Source: an uncultured delta proteobacterium (lineage in GTDB: Bacteria > Myxococcota_A > Polyangia > Polyangiales > JAFGIB01). From it: 64,000 nucleotides of DNA. Shown here piece after piece: positions 36,840-48,287 of this stretch. Below the pieces are notes generated by a model, which was not told the DNA's origin, ran no database searches, and saw only the letters and a program-made list of their open reading frames with translations. The stretch's first letter is position 1. Each line of letters opens with the position of its first letter. The translations under genes and the position numbers were made by a program. The stretch covers positions 256,001 through 320,000 of the forward strand of contig CAVZVA010000011.1 in assembly GCA_963778655.1 (NCBI GenBank), given 5' to 3'.

Positions 36840-38960
36840 ATGCCCATATCGCAGAAGATACTTCTCATCCAGAACGATCCGTTGGACGCCCAAGTCGTGC
36901 GGGACGCGCTGACTCGCCACGGCGATGGGCCCTTCGAGGTCGACTGGGTCAGGACTTGCTCCGAAGGCCTCGCGCGGTTGGCGGCCCGAAGCAGCGCCCC
37001 AACGCCTTCCCCGGCGGCCGTGTTGCTCGATCTCTTCTTGCCCGATAGTGAAGGAATCGAAACCTTCGATCGGATCTTTGCAGCGGCGCCCCAGATTCCA
37101 ATGCTGATTCTGAGCGATTCCCGAGGCGAAGAGATCGCCAAGGCCGCGGTGCATCGCGGGGCGCAAGACTATCTCATGAAGGGACGCCTGGATAGTTACC
37201 TACTGCCAAAGGCGCTGACCAGTATGGTCGACCGCGCAGCGTATGCGGAAGCCCTCTTCGAGGAACAAGAGCGCGCGCAAGTGACTCTGAACTCGATCGG
37301 CGATGCCGTCATCACGACAAACGTAAGGGGAGAAGTGACCTATCTCAATGCCGTCGCCGAGCACATGACCGGCTGGTCGCGATGGGAGGCAGACGGTCAT
37401 CCGATCGAGGAAGTGTTTCGAATCGTCGATGCGGCATCCCGCAAGAGCGCAGAAAACCCAATGCCTGTGTCGATTCGACACGACAAGGCGATGACCCTTA
37501 CCCCAAACTGTATCCTGATCCGACGCGATGGCGCCGAAGCGCCCATTGAAGATTCCGTTGCGCCCATACACGACCGCCGAGGACAGGTGATAGGCGCTGT
37601 CATGGTATTCCGCGACGTGAGCTTGACGCGCGAGCTCACATTGCGAATGTCATATCTGGCACAGCATGACGGTCTTACTGACTTGCCAAACAGAATATTG
37701 TTGAACGATAGGCTGATGCAGGCCATGGCGCTTGCCCATCGCAACCATCATAAAGTGTCGATTCTGTTCCTGGACCTCGATCGCTTCAAGCAGGTCAATG
37801 ACTCGTTTGGCCATGCGCTTGGCGACCGCCTGCTGCAGTCTGTGGCGCAGCGATTGCGCTCTTGCGTGCGCGGATCGGACACCATCAGCCGGCGAGGGGG
37901 AGATGAATTTGCGATCCTCCTCGCAGAGGTAATTCATGCAGCGCACGCGGCTGTCACTGCAGAGAAGATACTTCAGGCGTTGCGCGTGCCGCACCGAATC
38001 GACGACCATGATTTGCAAGTCACAGGGAGCATCGGCATCGCGACCTATCCCGATGACGGAATGGACGCGGACACGTTGATGAAGAGCGCGGACTTTGCGA
38101 TGTACCAGGCAAAGGACGCTGGACGCGACAGCTGTCAGTTCTTCATGCCGGAAATGAACACGCGGGCACTGGAGCGCCGGTCCCTCGAGACCGGCTTGCG
38201 CGCGGCTGTCCAACAGCAGGAGTTCTCGATAGATTATCAAACGAAGGTAGATTTGGAGACCGGGGCGATCAGCGGCATGGAGGCGCTCGTTCGCTGGCGT
38301 CACCCGCAATTTGGCCTCTTGCCCCCTTCGCGATTCGTCACGATCGCAGAAGAGAGCGGTCTCATCGTTCCGATCGGCCGTTGGGTCCTGCGCGAAGCTT
38401 GCCGGCAAGCTCGAGCATGGCAGGACGCGGGCCTGACGCCTATGTGCATGGCGGTCAACGTATCGCCGGCGGAGCTGCGCGCCAAGGACTTCGTTGCGGG
38501 AGTGCACACCATCCTCGCCGAGACTCATCTGGATCCGAGGTATCTCGAGCTCGAGTTGACGGAAACGTTCTTGATGCAGGATCCGAAAGCCACAGCATGG
38601 GGCCTTCATGCCCTCAAAGACATGGGCGTTCGGCTTGCGCTCGATGACTTTGGCACGGGCTACTCGAGCTTGAGCTATCTGAGGCGCTTTCCGATCGATA
38701 CGCTGAAGATCGATCAGTCGTTCGTGCGCGATCTCGACACGGATACCGATGATGCCAGTATCGTCCGTGCCGTGATCGGGCTGGGCGAGAGCCTGCACAT
38801 GAATGTGGTCGCAGAAGGAGTCGAAACGGGAGAGCAGCTGGCCTTCCTGCGCGAACACAGTTGTCCCGTGGGACAAGGCTTCTATTTCGGCCGTCCGGTA
38901 TGTGCTGGAGAGCTCGCTCAATTGCTTGCGTGCAATATGGCGGGGCCCTTCGAGGCATAG
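36840..38960 (+). CDS. REC-PAS-GGDEF-EAL diguanylate cyclase/phosphodiesterase
   Basis: VLLDLFLPD, PAS (SIGDAVI...VFRDV), HDGLTDLPNR, GGDEF, EALVRW, DDFGTGYSS, AEGVE, QG. Confidence 0.95.
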   Translation: MPISQKILLIQNDPLDAQVVRDALTRHGDGPFEVDWVRTCSEGLARLAARSSAPTPSPAAVLLDLFLPDSEGIETFDRIFAAAPQIPMLILSDSRGEEIAKAAVHRGAQDYLMKGRLDSYLLPKALTSMVDRAAYAEALFEEQERAQVTLNSIGDAVITTNVRGEVTYLNAVAEHMTGWSRWEADGHPIEEVFRIVDAASRKSAENPMPVSIRHDKAMTLTPNCILIRRDGAEAPIEDSVAPIHDRRGQVIGAVMVFRDVSLTRELTLRMSYLAQHDGLTDLPNRILLNDRLMQAMALAHRNHHKVSILFLDLDRFKQVNDSFGHALGDRLLQSVAQRLRSCVRGSDTISRRGGDEFAILLAEVIHAAHAAVTAEKILQALRVPHRIDDHDLQVTGSIGIATYPDDGMDADTLMKSADFAMYQAKDAGRDSCQFFMPEMNTRALERRSLETGLRAAVQQQEFSIDYQTKVDLETGAISGMEALVRWRHPQFGLLPPSRFVTIAEESGLIVPIGRWVLREACRQARAWQDAGLTPMCMAVNVSPAELRAKDFVAGVHTILAETHLDPRYLELELTETFLMQDPKATAWGLHALKDMGVRLALDDFGTGYSSLSYLRRFPIDTLKIDQSFVRDLDTDTDDASIVRAVIGLGESLHMNVVAEGVETGEQLAFLREHSCPVGQGFYFGRPVCAGELAQLLACNMAGPFEA

Positions 38961-39003
38961 GCACGGCCGCGACGCTTTGCTCGGACCCTCGTCCAGCCGT
39001 GGG

Positions 39004-40926
39004 CTACCGCACCCGGGCGTTCACGATCGACCGTAGCAGCGCCAGGTCGAAAGGCTTCTCCATCCATTCGTTGGTCGCTTGGTCGAGGAACTCGCGGGCG
39101 TGCTGCGTGAAGGCACCCCCGGTCAGAAAAACGATCCGCGAAGCTTGCTCGGCTTCGCTGGCTCGCAGGCGCTCGTAGAAGTCCATCCCGGTCATTTGCG
39201 GCATCATCAGGTCGGAGAAGATCACGTCGAAACGGCTCCCCGCCGTGATCAGGGCAAGCGCATCCGCAGCGGTGTGGGTTACGGAAACGTCGTGGTCGGC
39301 CGCGAGCGTGCGCCGGATCGTGGCGCCAATCATCGGCTCGTCATCGACCACCAGAACGCGCCCGCGCCGGATTGCCTTTCGGACCGCCAGGGAGGGCGCG
39401 GGCGTTGCACCGGGCTGGAGGCGGCTAGCAGGTAGCAAGACCCGGAACGTCGACCCGTGGCCAACTCGACTCTCGACGTGGATCTCGCCACCCAGGGCGG
39501 TCACAATGCGCTTGCAGATCGCCAGCCCGAGCCCGGTTCCGACGCCCGTCGGCTTGGTCGTGAAGAAGGGCGTGAAGAGCCGGCCTAGTACTTCGGCCGA
39601 CATTCCCGGTCCCGTGTCGTGGATTTCCACCTGTACCCGTCCCACGGGATCGATTCCGGTGACTATGCGGATCTCGTTCCTGTCTGCGCTGCCCTCGCCG
39701 ATCGCCTGTGCTGCGTTGACGATGAGGTTGAGAAACACCTGGCCGAGCTTGGACTCGTTGGCGTCCACCGCGGGCGTGTTCCCATACTCTCTGACGAGGC
39801 TCGCGCGGTGTCGGATCTCGTTCCACGCCATGCGGAGCGACGATTCTAGAGCGCGGTGCACATCGACCGGCTCGCGTTTCTCCCCTTCAGCTCGCGAGAA
39901 GATCTTGAGGTCCCGCACGATCTGGCGCACCCGATCTGCCGCCTCCCGAGCGTCTCGCAGCTCGTCTTGGAGCTCGCTGACTTTGCCCTGGCTCACCGCC
40001 TGCGCAAGGAGCTCGGCCTCGCCCATCGCCAGGTCGAGATTGCCAACCAGGGCAGCGAGCGGGTTGTTGATCTCGTGCGCAACGCCCGCCGCGAGCGTAC
40101 CAACCGATGCCATCCGATCGGAGATCATGAGCTGGGCCTCCGTGCGCCTCTGTTCGGTCACGTCGCGCGCGATGACCACGGCGCCGACGATGATCCCGCC
40201 GCGCCGGATCGGTCCCATGTGGCTCGCGAAGGACATCACCTGCCCATCGGGCGCAAGGGTGCTGAACTCGTACGTTGCGAGCTGTCCGGACTCGAGCACC
40301 AGGCGGAGGGCGGACTGCGCGAGCTCGCGCTGGTACGGTTGCACGTACGCGAGCCACCAGCTGCCGACGAGGGTCACGCCTTCGTACTGCGGCGGGGCCC
40401 GATTGATGTACTGGATCGTACCGCTCGCATCGAGGGTCACGACGAAGTCTGGAATGTTCGCGAGCAACGCTTCGAGCTGGGACCGAGCCTCTTCGCCCTC
40501 GCGGTGCGCCGCACGGATCCTCTGCGCCTCCTGTCGGCCGGTCACGTCCCGGATCGCCGCGATGATGATCGCGCCATCGGGCGACGACATGGGGCTCAAC
40601 GCGATTTCGACGGGAACCTCACTGCCGTCCTTGCGTCTGGCTAGTAGCTCGGAATGTCCGAGCGGCCGTGGGCGGGGCGCGCTGTTGAAGCCGCGCACGT
40701 GCTGCAGATGCCGATCGCGCAAGCGCTCCGGAACGAGCATCTCGATCGCCCTGCCCACGAGCTCCTCACGCGAATAGCCAAAGAGGGCCTCGGTCTGCTT
40801 GTTGACAAGCTGGATCAGCCCTTGCGAATTGACGATGACCATCGCGTCGGGCGCAGCCTCGAGCAGTCCGCGCGACAGCTCTTCGCTTCTGCGCTGGGCA
40901 TCCTCCGCGGCCTTCCTGTCAGTCAT
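39004..40926 (-). CDS. PAS-PAS hybrid histidine kinase with C-terminal receiver
   Basis: AHEINNPL, NLIVNA, DTGPGM, FFTTKP, GTGLGL, VVDDE...SDLMMP...KP. Start uncertain. Confidence 0.93.
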   Translation of the reverse strand: MTDRKAAEDAQRRSEELSRGLLEAAPDAMVIVNSQGLIQLVNKQTEALFGYSREELVGRAIEMLVPERLRDRHLQHVRGFNSAPRPRPLGHSELLARRKDGSEVPVEIALSPMSSPDGAIIIAAIRDVTGRQEAQRIRAAHREGEEARSQLEALLANIPDFVVTLDASGTIQYINRAPPQYEGVTLVGSWWLAYVQPYQRELAQSALRLVLESGQLATYEFSTLAPDGQVMSFASHMGPIRRGGIIVGAVVIARDVTEQRRTEAQLMISDRMASVGTLAAGVAHEINNPLAALVGNLDLAMGEAELLAQAVSQGKVSELQDELRDAREAADRVRQIVRDLKIFSRAEGEKREPVDVHRALESSLRMAWNEIRHRASLVREYGNTPAVDANESKLGQVFLNLIVNAAQAIGEGSADRNEIRIVTGIDPVGRVQVEIHDTGPGMSAEVLGRLFTPFFTTKPTGVGTGLGLAICKRIVTALGGEIHVESRVGHGSTFRVLLPASRLQPGATPAPSLAVRKAIRRGRVLVVDDEPMIGATIRRTLAADHDVSVTHTAADALALITAGSRFDVIFSDLMMPQMTGMDFYERLRASEAEQASRIVFLTGGAFTQHAREFLDQATNEWMEKPFDLALLRSIVNARVR

Positions 40927-41151
40927 CGTCGCCGCACCCCCGTGCTCGGAAACGTAAACGGGCCGTCCGTGGACCCGTACGACTGCAGCCGCTGTCGTAC
41001 GGTCGCCTTGCTCCAGCTCTTCCGCTCGCCGGGGGCACCGGCGACGAGCAAGCTGTCCAGGGTCCGAACGCCTCGACGTCTCGATCCTCGCGCACTCGCG
41101 GACTCGAGGCAAGGACAGGCAAGGAAGCACCGCCGTAGCGGTTGCCGCGGG

Positions 41152-41215
41152 TGTGCGAGCTGCCGCCCGAGCTCAGCGGCACGCTGGTCGACCGGGTGCG
41201 CGTCGGCAAAGGCGG
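41152..41215 (+). pseudogene. Diverged internal fragment of the sctQ-like gene
   Basis: 50/64 nt ungapped identity (by eye) to 35470-35533; CELPPELSGTLVDRV vs CELPPELGAVLVDRV. Confidence 0.75.
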
Positions 41216-41238
41216 GCTACCGGCGGCTGCCGCGACCC

Positions 41239-41877
41239 TCAGTCCACGATGCGGTAGCGCAGCTGGCTGCGCTTGCCGCCGCGCTCGACGTCGAGCACGA
41301 GGTCGCTCGCAGTCGCCATGCTCTGCCACACGTTCTGGAACTGCTCGGGGCGCTCGATCGACTGGCCGTTGACGCGCAGCACGATGTCGCCCGGCTGCAG
41401 CAGCAGCCCGGACCCGTCGTCGAACAGATGGACCAGGCGCCAGCCGGTGAAGCGACCGTTCTGCAGGCGAGCCTCGGCCTGCACGTGTTGCAGGAAGCGC
41501 CCCACGCCCGCGGACAGCACCGCGTTGAGCGAGGCGCGCGCGATGTCGCCGGCCTCGAGCTGCTCCGGAAGCGAGGAAGCGGCGGCCGCGGGCGCCTGCG
41601 GGGCAGCGCCGGGCGCAGGCGGCTCGGCGGGTGCGGCTGTCTCCGCTTTGGCTGCAGTCGCAGTCCCCGGCGCGCTCGCGGCCGGGGCGAGCGGCGGGTC
41701 GTCCACCTTGGCCGCGGCGGGCGCGTGCTGCGGCGCCGGCTGGTGCGCCGTGCCGGCCGCGCAACCGCAGGCGCAGGCGCAGGCGATCCACAGCAGCAGC
41801 CACGGGCGCACCATCCTGACCCGATAGTTGCGCGCGGGACCCGCCGGGCGTCCAGTTTTGCGCGCCTGCGCGCTCAT
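41239..41877 (-). CDS. Lipoprotein with Pro/Ala linker and GspC-type PDZ domain
   Basis: ACACGC lipobox-like; GWRL...LQPGDIVLRVNG...VERGG. Alternative start 41814. Confidence 0.75.
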   Translation of the reverse strand: MSAQARKTGRPAGPARNYRVRMVRPWLLLWIACACACGCAAGTAHQPAPQHAPAAAKVDDPPLAPAASAPGTATAAKAETAAPAEPPAPGAAPQAPAAAASSLPEQLEAGDIARASLNAVLSAGVGRFLQHVQAEARLQNGRFTGWRLVHLFDDGSGLLLQPGDIVLRVNGQSIERPEQFQNVWQSMATASDLVLDVERGGKRSQLRYRIVD

Positions 41878-42518
41878 CGGCCCTCGCGCAACGCGTCGAC
41901 CTCGAGCAGCAGCCGCGCGCACACCTCGTCGATGCTCGCGCTGGCGTCCACGTGCACGATGCGCTCGCCGGGGAAGTGTTGTTGCAGGCCGAGATACAGC
42001 TCGCCGAGCGCCGCTTGCAGCTCGTCGTCGTCGAAGATCTCGCTGGCTCCGGGCCGGCGCCGCCGCCGCTCGGCCGCGAGCGCGGGCGGCACATCGAGCA
42101 CCAGCACGAGATCGGGCTTGCGAGCGTGGCGGTTGACCTCGCGCAGCCACGCGATCGATCCGGGGCCTCCGCCCGCAGCCGACTGGTAGACCACCGACGA
42201 GTGGTAGTAGCGATCGCAGATCACGCTGACGCCGTCGCGCAGGTTGGGCAGCAGCTCGGTGTCGAGATGATCGAGACGATCGGCGGCGAATAGCAGGGCC
42301 AGCGTGCTCCAGGGAGCACCGGCCCCGGCGGCGCCGCCCATCACCAGCCGCCCCGAGAGCACCTGGCGCAACAGCGCGCCGATCGGCCCGGCACTCGGCT
42401 CGGCGCTCAGGTGCGCCGGCACGTGACGCGCGCGCAAACGCTCGCAGAGCAGACGCGCCTGCGTGGTGGTGCCCGCGCCGTCGATGCCCTCGAGCACGAT
42501 CAAGTGCCCTGGTTCCAT
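41874..42518 (-). CDS. tmk: Thymidylate kinase
   Basis: IVLEGIDGAGTTTQ, EPS, LFAADR, CDRYYHSSVVYQ, PDL. Confidence 0.92.
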   Translation of the reverse strand: MEPGHLIVLEGIDGAGTTTQARLLCERLRARHVPAHLSAEPSAGPIGALLRQVLSGRLVMGGAAGAGAPWSTLALLFAADRLDHLDTELLPNLRDGVSVICDRYYHSSVVYQSAAGGGPGSIAWLREVNRHARKPDLVLVLDVPPALAAERRRRRPGASEIFDDDELQAALGELYLGLQQHFPGERIVHVDASASIDEVCARLLLEVDALREGR

Positions 42519-42576
42519 GAGCGCCGAGCGTGCCCCGCCGGCCCCACCCGGCGCAAGGGATCGCGCACGCGCTCGA

Positions 42577-43905
42577 CTATTCGCAGAAGCTCCGCTCGCC
42601 GAGGCGGCACAGCGCTTCCCGCGCCTGCGCGGCCAGCGCGCCGTCGGGCGCACGCTCGAGATAGCGGTGGTAGGCCGCGGCCGCCGCCTGGCGGTCGTGC
42701 GCGTAGCGCTCCAGCAGCCGCGCCAGGGCGAAGCGCGCGTTGTGCCCGGCCGGCTGCGTGGGTGCGATCTCGTCCGCGCGGCGATAGGCCTGCGTCGCAC
42801 GCGGAATCTCGCCCTGCGCGGTGTACGACTCGGCGGTCAGGGTCAGCGCCTCGACGCGATACGGCAGCGGCGTCGGCGGCTCGGTCAGTCCGCGCAGCCG
42901 CGCGCGCGCCGCCACGTGGTGGCCCTGCCGCAACAGTCGCCGCGCCAGCTCGAGCTTGCGCGCCACCGCCCTCGGCGCCGGCGCCGGTGCCGGCTCGAGC
43001 CCGGCTTCGGCCTCGGCCTCGCTGAACGCCATGTCCGGCTTGCGCTCGGCCTTGGCCGCGGCCCGGCTCGAGCCGGGCTTGGGGGCCTCCACCGCGCGCA
43101 TGTCGCGCTCGATCTGATCGCGCACCGCGCGCTCGTACTCGTCGCCGTCATCCGCGCGCACGTAGGTGCTGGCGCCGGCCGCCACCCGGCGCGTCGCAGC
43201 GCCCGAGCGCGGCACCACCTCGACCACCCCCTCGCGCACCGCGACCTGGGTGTTGCCGAGATCGTCGACGTCGACGCGGAAGCGGGTGCCCACCACCTGC
43301 ACGCGAGCGGCCAGCGACTCGATCGCCATGTGCTGCTCGCCCTTGTGCCGCGGGTGGAAGTCGACGTCGATGCGGCCCTTGAGCAGCGACAACGCCAGCT
43401 CCGCCTCCGAGAGCCGGTCGAAGCGCAGGCGCGTGTCGCGCTCCATGCGCACACGCGCCGTGCCCAGGTCGACCTCGATGTGGCCGTGCTTGCCGCTCTC
43501 GAGCACCTGACTCTCGCTAACGGTACCGCTCTGCACCGCGGCGTCGCCGATGCGCAGCTCGAAGCGCCCGGCCGCCAGCGAGCTCGGCGCGCTGGGCCGG
43601 TCGCCGGCAAGCAGGTAGAACGCGATCAGCCCGCCGGCCACGGCCGAGGCCGCCAGCGAAGCAGCCCACCAGCCGCGCGTCACGCGTCCGGTGGCGCGGC
43701 GCAGGCGGGTCGAGGGCAGCGGCACGCGCGCCGACGCGTGCGTGCGCCACGCCTGCACCAGCGTGCGCTCCATGCGCGCGCGCGTCACCTCGTCGAGCGG
43801 TGCGACCTGTCCGCGCAGTTGCTGCGCGACGACGCCGCTGGGCGCGTCCAGCCCGCGCTCGGGCGGCACGCGCAGGGTCTCGTTGGGAGGCGGCAGGCTA
43901 CTCAT
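42577..43905 (-). CDS. FecR-domain anti-sigma factor-like protein with C-terminal TPR
   Basis: Single TM; VQVVGTRFRV...VAVREGVVEV; C-terminal YLERAPDGALA TPR; downstream of an ECF sigma factor. Confidence 0.85.
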   Translation of the reverse strand: MSSLPPPNETLRVPPERGLDAPSGVVAQQLRGQVAPLDEVTRARMERTLVQAWRTHASARVPLPSTRLRRATGRVTRGWWAASLAASAVAGGLIAFYLLAGDRPSAPSSLAAGRFELRIGDAAVQSGTVSESQVLESGKHGHIEVDLGTARVRMERDTRLRFDRLSEAELALSLLKGRIDVDFHPRHKGEQHMAIESLAARVQVVGTRFRVDVDDLGNTQVAVREGVVEVVPRSGAATRRVAAGASTYVRADDGDEYERAVRDQIERDMRAVEAPKPGSSRAAAKAERKPDMAFSEAEAEAGLEPAPAPAPRAVARKLELARRLLRQGHHVAARARLRGLTEPPTPLPYRVEALTLTAESYTAQGEIPRATQAYRRADEIAPTQPAGHNARFALARLLERYAHDRQAAAAAYHRYLERAPDGALAAQAREALCRLGERSFCE

Positions 43906-44479
43906 CGTCGCCTCCGCTCAGCTTGTCGAGGCGCTGGCGCGCGCTCATCAGCCGGCCGTGCAGCGAGGAGATGCCGAGGCCGGTCATGCCCGAGATCTCG
44001 GCGAAGGTGTAGCCCTCGACATCGTGCAGCACGAACACCAGGCGCTGCTCGGGAGACAGCTTCTCGAGCATCGACTCGGCGTCCGAGCGAATCTGGTAGC
44101 CGCGATCGGGCGGCAGGCTCGGGTGCCCCAGGCCTACGCTCTCGGCCAGCCGCGACCAGCGCTGGCGCCGCCAGCGCGCGCGCGCAGCGTCGAGCGCGCG
44201 CCGGGTGGTGATCCCGAACAGCCAGGTGGAGAGGCTGGAGCGGCCATCGAAGCGGGCTGCCCCGTCCAGCGCGGCCAGAAAGGCCTGCTGCACCACGTCC
44301 TCGACGTCGGGATCGTCTGCGCCCAGCACGCGCGCGGCCTGGCGGTGCAGGCGCGTCACGTGGGTGCGAAAAAGCTCGCGCACCGCGGCCTCATCGCCGG
44401 CCGCTGCCCGACCGAGCAGCTCGCGCTCCTGGGTGCTGGCTGCCCTGGCCGGTTGCACCTTGTTCGCCCGCTCCTTCAC
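43898..44479 (-). CDS. ECF RNA polymerase sigma factor
   Basis: EDVVQQAF, FDGRSSLSTWLFGI, LSPEQRLVFVLHDVEG, RLMSAR. Start uncertain. Confidence 0.92.
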   Translation of the reverse strand: MKERANKVQPARAASTQERELLGRAAAGDEAAVRELFRTHVTRLHRQAARVLGADDPDVEDVVQQAFLAALDGAARFDGRSSLSTWLFGITTRRALDAARARWRRQRWSRLAESVGLGHPSLPPDRGYQIRSDAESMLEKLSPEQRLVFVLHDVEGYTFAEISGMTGLGISSLHGRLMSARQRLDKLSGGDDE

Positions 44480-44531
44480 AATCCCTTGGTCGCCGCCGGG
44501 GCGCTCGATTTTCCGCCTCAAGAGTCCCGAG

Positions 44532-45638
44532 TCAGGGTCGATAACGCAACGCGCCCTGCAGCCAGGGACTGAAACGGTCACCGCGGTCTCTGAGCTGGTC
44601 TCCGGTCGACACTTTCTGCCGATCCAACGTCCAATCCACGCCGCCCTCGGTCATCAAGTCCAAGCCGGGCACCATCTCGAACGCGAGCTCCAAGCTGCCG
44701 CGCGCGCCGAGGTCGGTGCTGAGGGTGCGGTCGTTCATGCCCATGTCGGCGTCGAAGCGCCCGAGCCGCGTCAGAAAGCCGATACTGGCACCGGGCGTGA
44801 AGCGGCCGAACGAGAACGGCCGCGTGTAGAAGCCCGAGAGGAATGTCGGATAGCGATAGCGCACGTCCAGGTGCTCGGTAGAGCCGGTGTTGGTGGGCAG
44901 CTCGGCCGCCACGAACAGGCAGTGCCGGCGCACGCACAGCCCCAGCCCGGTCCCGACGCCGCCCATCGGCGTGCTGCTCGCGGTGGAGGCGCCGCCATAG
45001 ATGCGCGCGTAGATCAACGGCTGGATGGAGCCGAGAAAGCCGTCGTGATCGGCGCCGGAGCCCGCGCCCTCGCTGTCGACCAACGACGGCAGCGCGGCCG
45101 CGCGCTCGGGTGCCGCGGACGGAGCAGTGGGTTGCGTCTGGGGCTGCGCCTGCGCGGCCAACAGTTGCGGCTGCGGCGCGGGCTCACGCTCGGGCTCTGG
45201 CTGCACGTCGCTGCGCGCCAGCTCGGTGGAGGTGTCGCGCAGCGACTCGGCCGCCAGCGCCAGCGCGCGCGCGTCCGCTTCGCCTTCGAGCGGGCTGACG
45301 GTGACGCTGGCATCGTAGGAGCGCCCGCCGGAGGCGCCCAGCACCAGCACCACCACCCGGTCCTGGCGCGCCATCGCGATGTGGCCCGCGGGCACCGCCT
45401 CCAGCAGCCCCGGCGGCGGCGGGTCGCCGACCTCGACACGCATCCCCGTGCGCAGCTCGAGCACCGCGGCCACCTCTTCGGCAAGCCGGCGCAAGCTCGG
45501 CTGCGGGCGCAGGGTTAGCAGTGGTTCCGGTAGGTTATGCGCCCGGACCTGGGTTTGTCGCAGGGCCTGCTGCGCATGCGCCGGCCGGGCCAGCCCCACC
45601 CCTACAAGCAGCCACAACAGCGCCCATAGTACGCGCAC
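44532..45638 (-). CDS. Secreted protein with probable C-terminal beta-barrel
   Basis: Signal peptide (AHA), Pro/Gln linker, alternating amphipathic strands ending WLQGALRYRP. Confidence 0.7.
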   Translation of the reverse strand: MRVLWALLWLLVGVGLARPAHAQQALRQTQVRAHNLPEPLLTLRPQPSLRRLAEEVAAVLELRTGMRVEVGDPPPPGLLEAVPAGHIAMARQDRVVVLVLGASGGRSYDASVTVSPLEGEADARALALAAESLRDTSTELARSDVQPEPEREPAPQPQLLAAQAQPQTQPTAPSAAPERAAALPSLVDSEGAGSGADHDGFLGSIQPLIYARIYGGASTASSTPMGGVGTGLGLCVRRHCLFVAAELPTNTGSTEHLDVRYRYPTFLSGFYTRPFSFGRFTPGASIGFLTRLGRFDADMGMNDRTLSTDLGARGSLELAFEMVPGLDLMTEGGVDWTLDRQKVSTGDQLRDRGDRFSPWLQGALRYRP

Positions 45639-45723
45639 CCGCTCACATTACAGCCGGGGAGGTGTACGTAGCAAGCACAGCACGGCGTTTCCCGGCGGGG
45701 GCGCCGGGAGCCGGCAGCGGGCA

Positions 45724-46245
45724 TCACTCCGGAAAGAAAGCGCGGCGGACGGCCTCGGGCGGCACCCCGTGCAGGGCCGCGACCCGCGCGTAGACCCACG
45801 GGTTCAGCCTGCCGCCGGCGGGCGCCAGGATCGCGGCCACCGCGGCCAGGTCGAAGCTCGCGAGTGGCGGCTCGTCCGGCGCGGGCTGGTAGCGCGCGGG
45901 CAGCTCGGCCAGCACCGCCGCCGCATCGGCTGGCGAGCGCCCCGCGAACCAGCGCTTGACCCGCAACACCGCACGCATGCAGCCGTGGTAACCGATCTGC
46001 AGCGGCACCCAATCGGGCACCGGGGCGCCGCGCTCGAGCACCGCGTCGAGCGCGCACAGGCGCTGCGCGAGCTCGGGCATCGGCAGTCGATCGAGCTCGC
46101 GCAGCGCGCCCGGGAAGCGTTGGGCCAGCGCGGCCATGTCCGGCTTGGGATCGGCGCAGCTGCCGGCCGCGTCCTGCTCGCGCAGGCGGCGGATCTCGCG
46201 GTATTTCTCGCGCAACGCGCGCACGTGCTGGTGCGACGGCGACAT
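45724..46245 (-). CDS. Hypothetical protein
   Basis: Non-repetitive ORF (LREKYREI...FPGALRELD...GRLNPWV) with a GGAG RBS; fills the gap between neighbours. Confidence 0.7.
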   Translation of the reverse strand: MSPSHQHVRALREKYREIRRLREQDAAGSCADPKPDMAALAQRFPGALRELDRLPMPELAQRLCALDAVLERGAPVPDWVPLQIGYHGCMRAVLRVKRWFAGRSPADAAAVLAELPARYQPAPDEPPLASFDLAAVAAILAPAGGRLNPWVYARVAALHGVPPEAVRRAFFPE

Positions 46246-46337
46246 GCTCCCAGGTATAGCGCAGGCGCGGGCGGCACGTGAGCTCCCCGGGCTCGGCAAG
46301 CTGTGGTATGGCCGAAAAGCGAAGGGAGCGAGCCATC

Positions 46338-48283
<1,946 letters not shown>

Positions 48284-48287
<4 letters not shown>

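Larger units (their letters stand above)
36390..41140. other. Compositionally distinct (lower-GC) island with two convergent signalling genes
   Basis: Visibly more A/T-ending codons than the flanks; boundaries approximate; no integrase or transposase seen. Confidence 0.65.
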
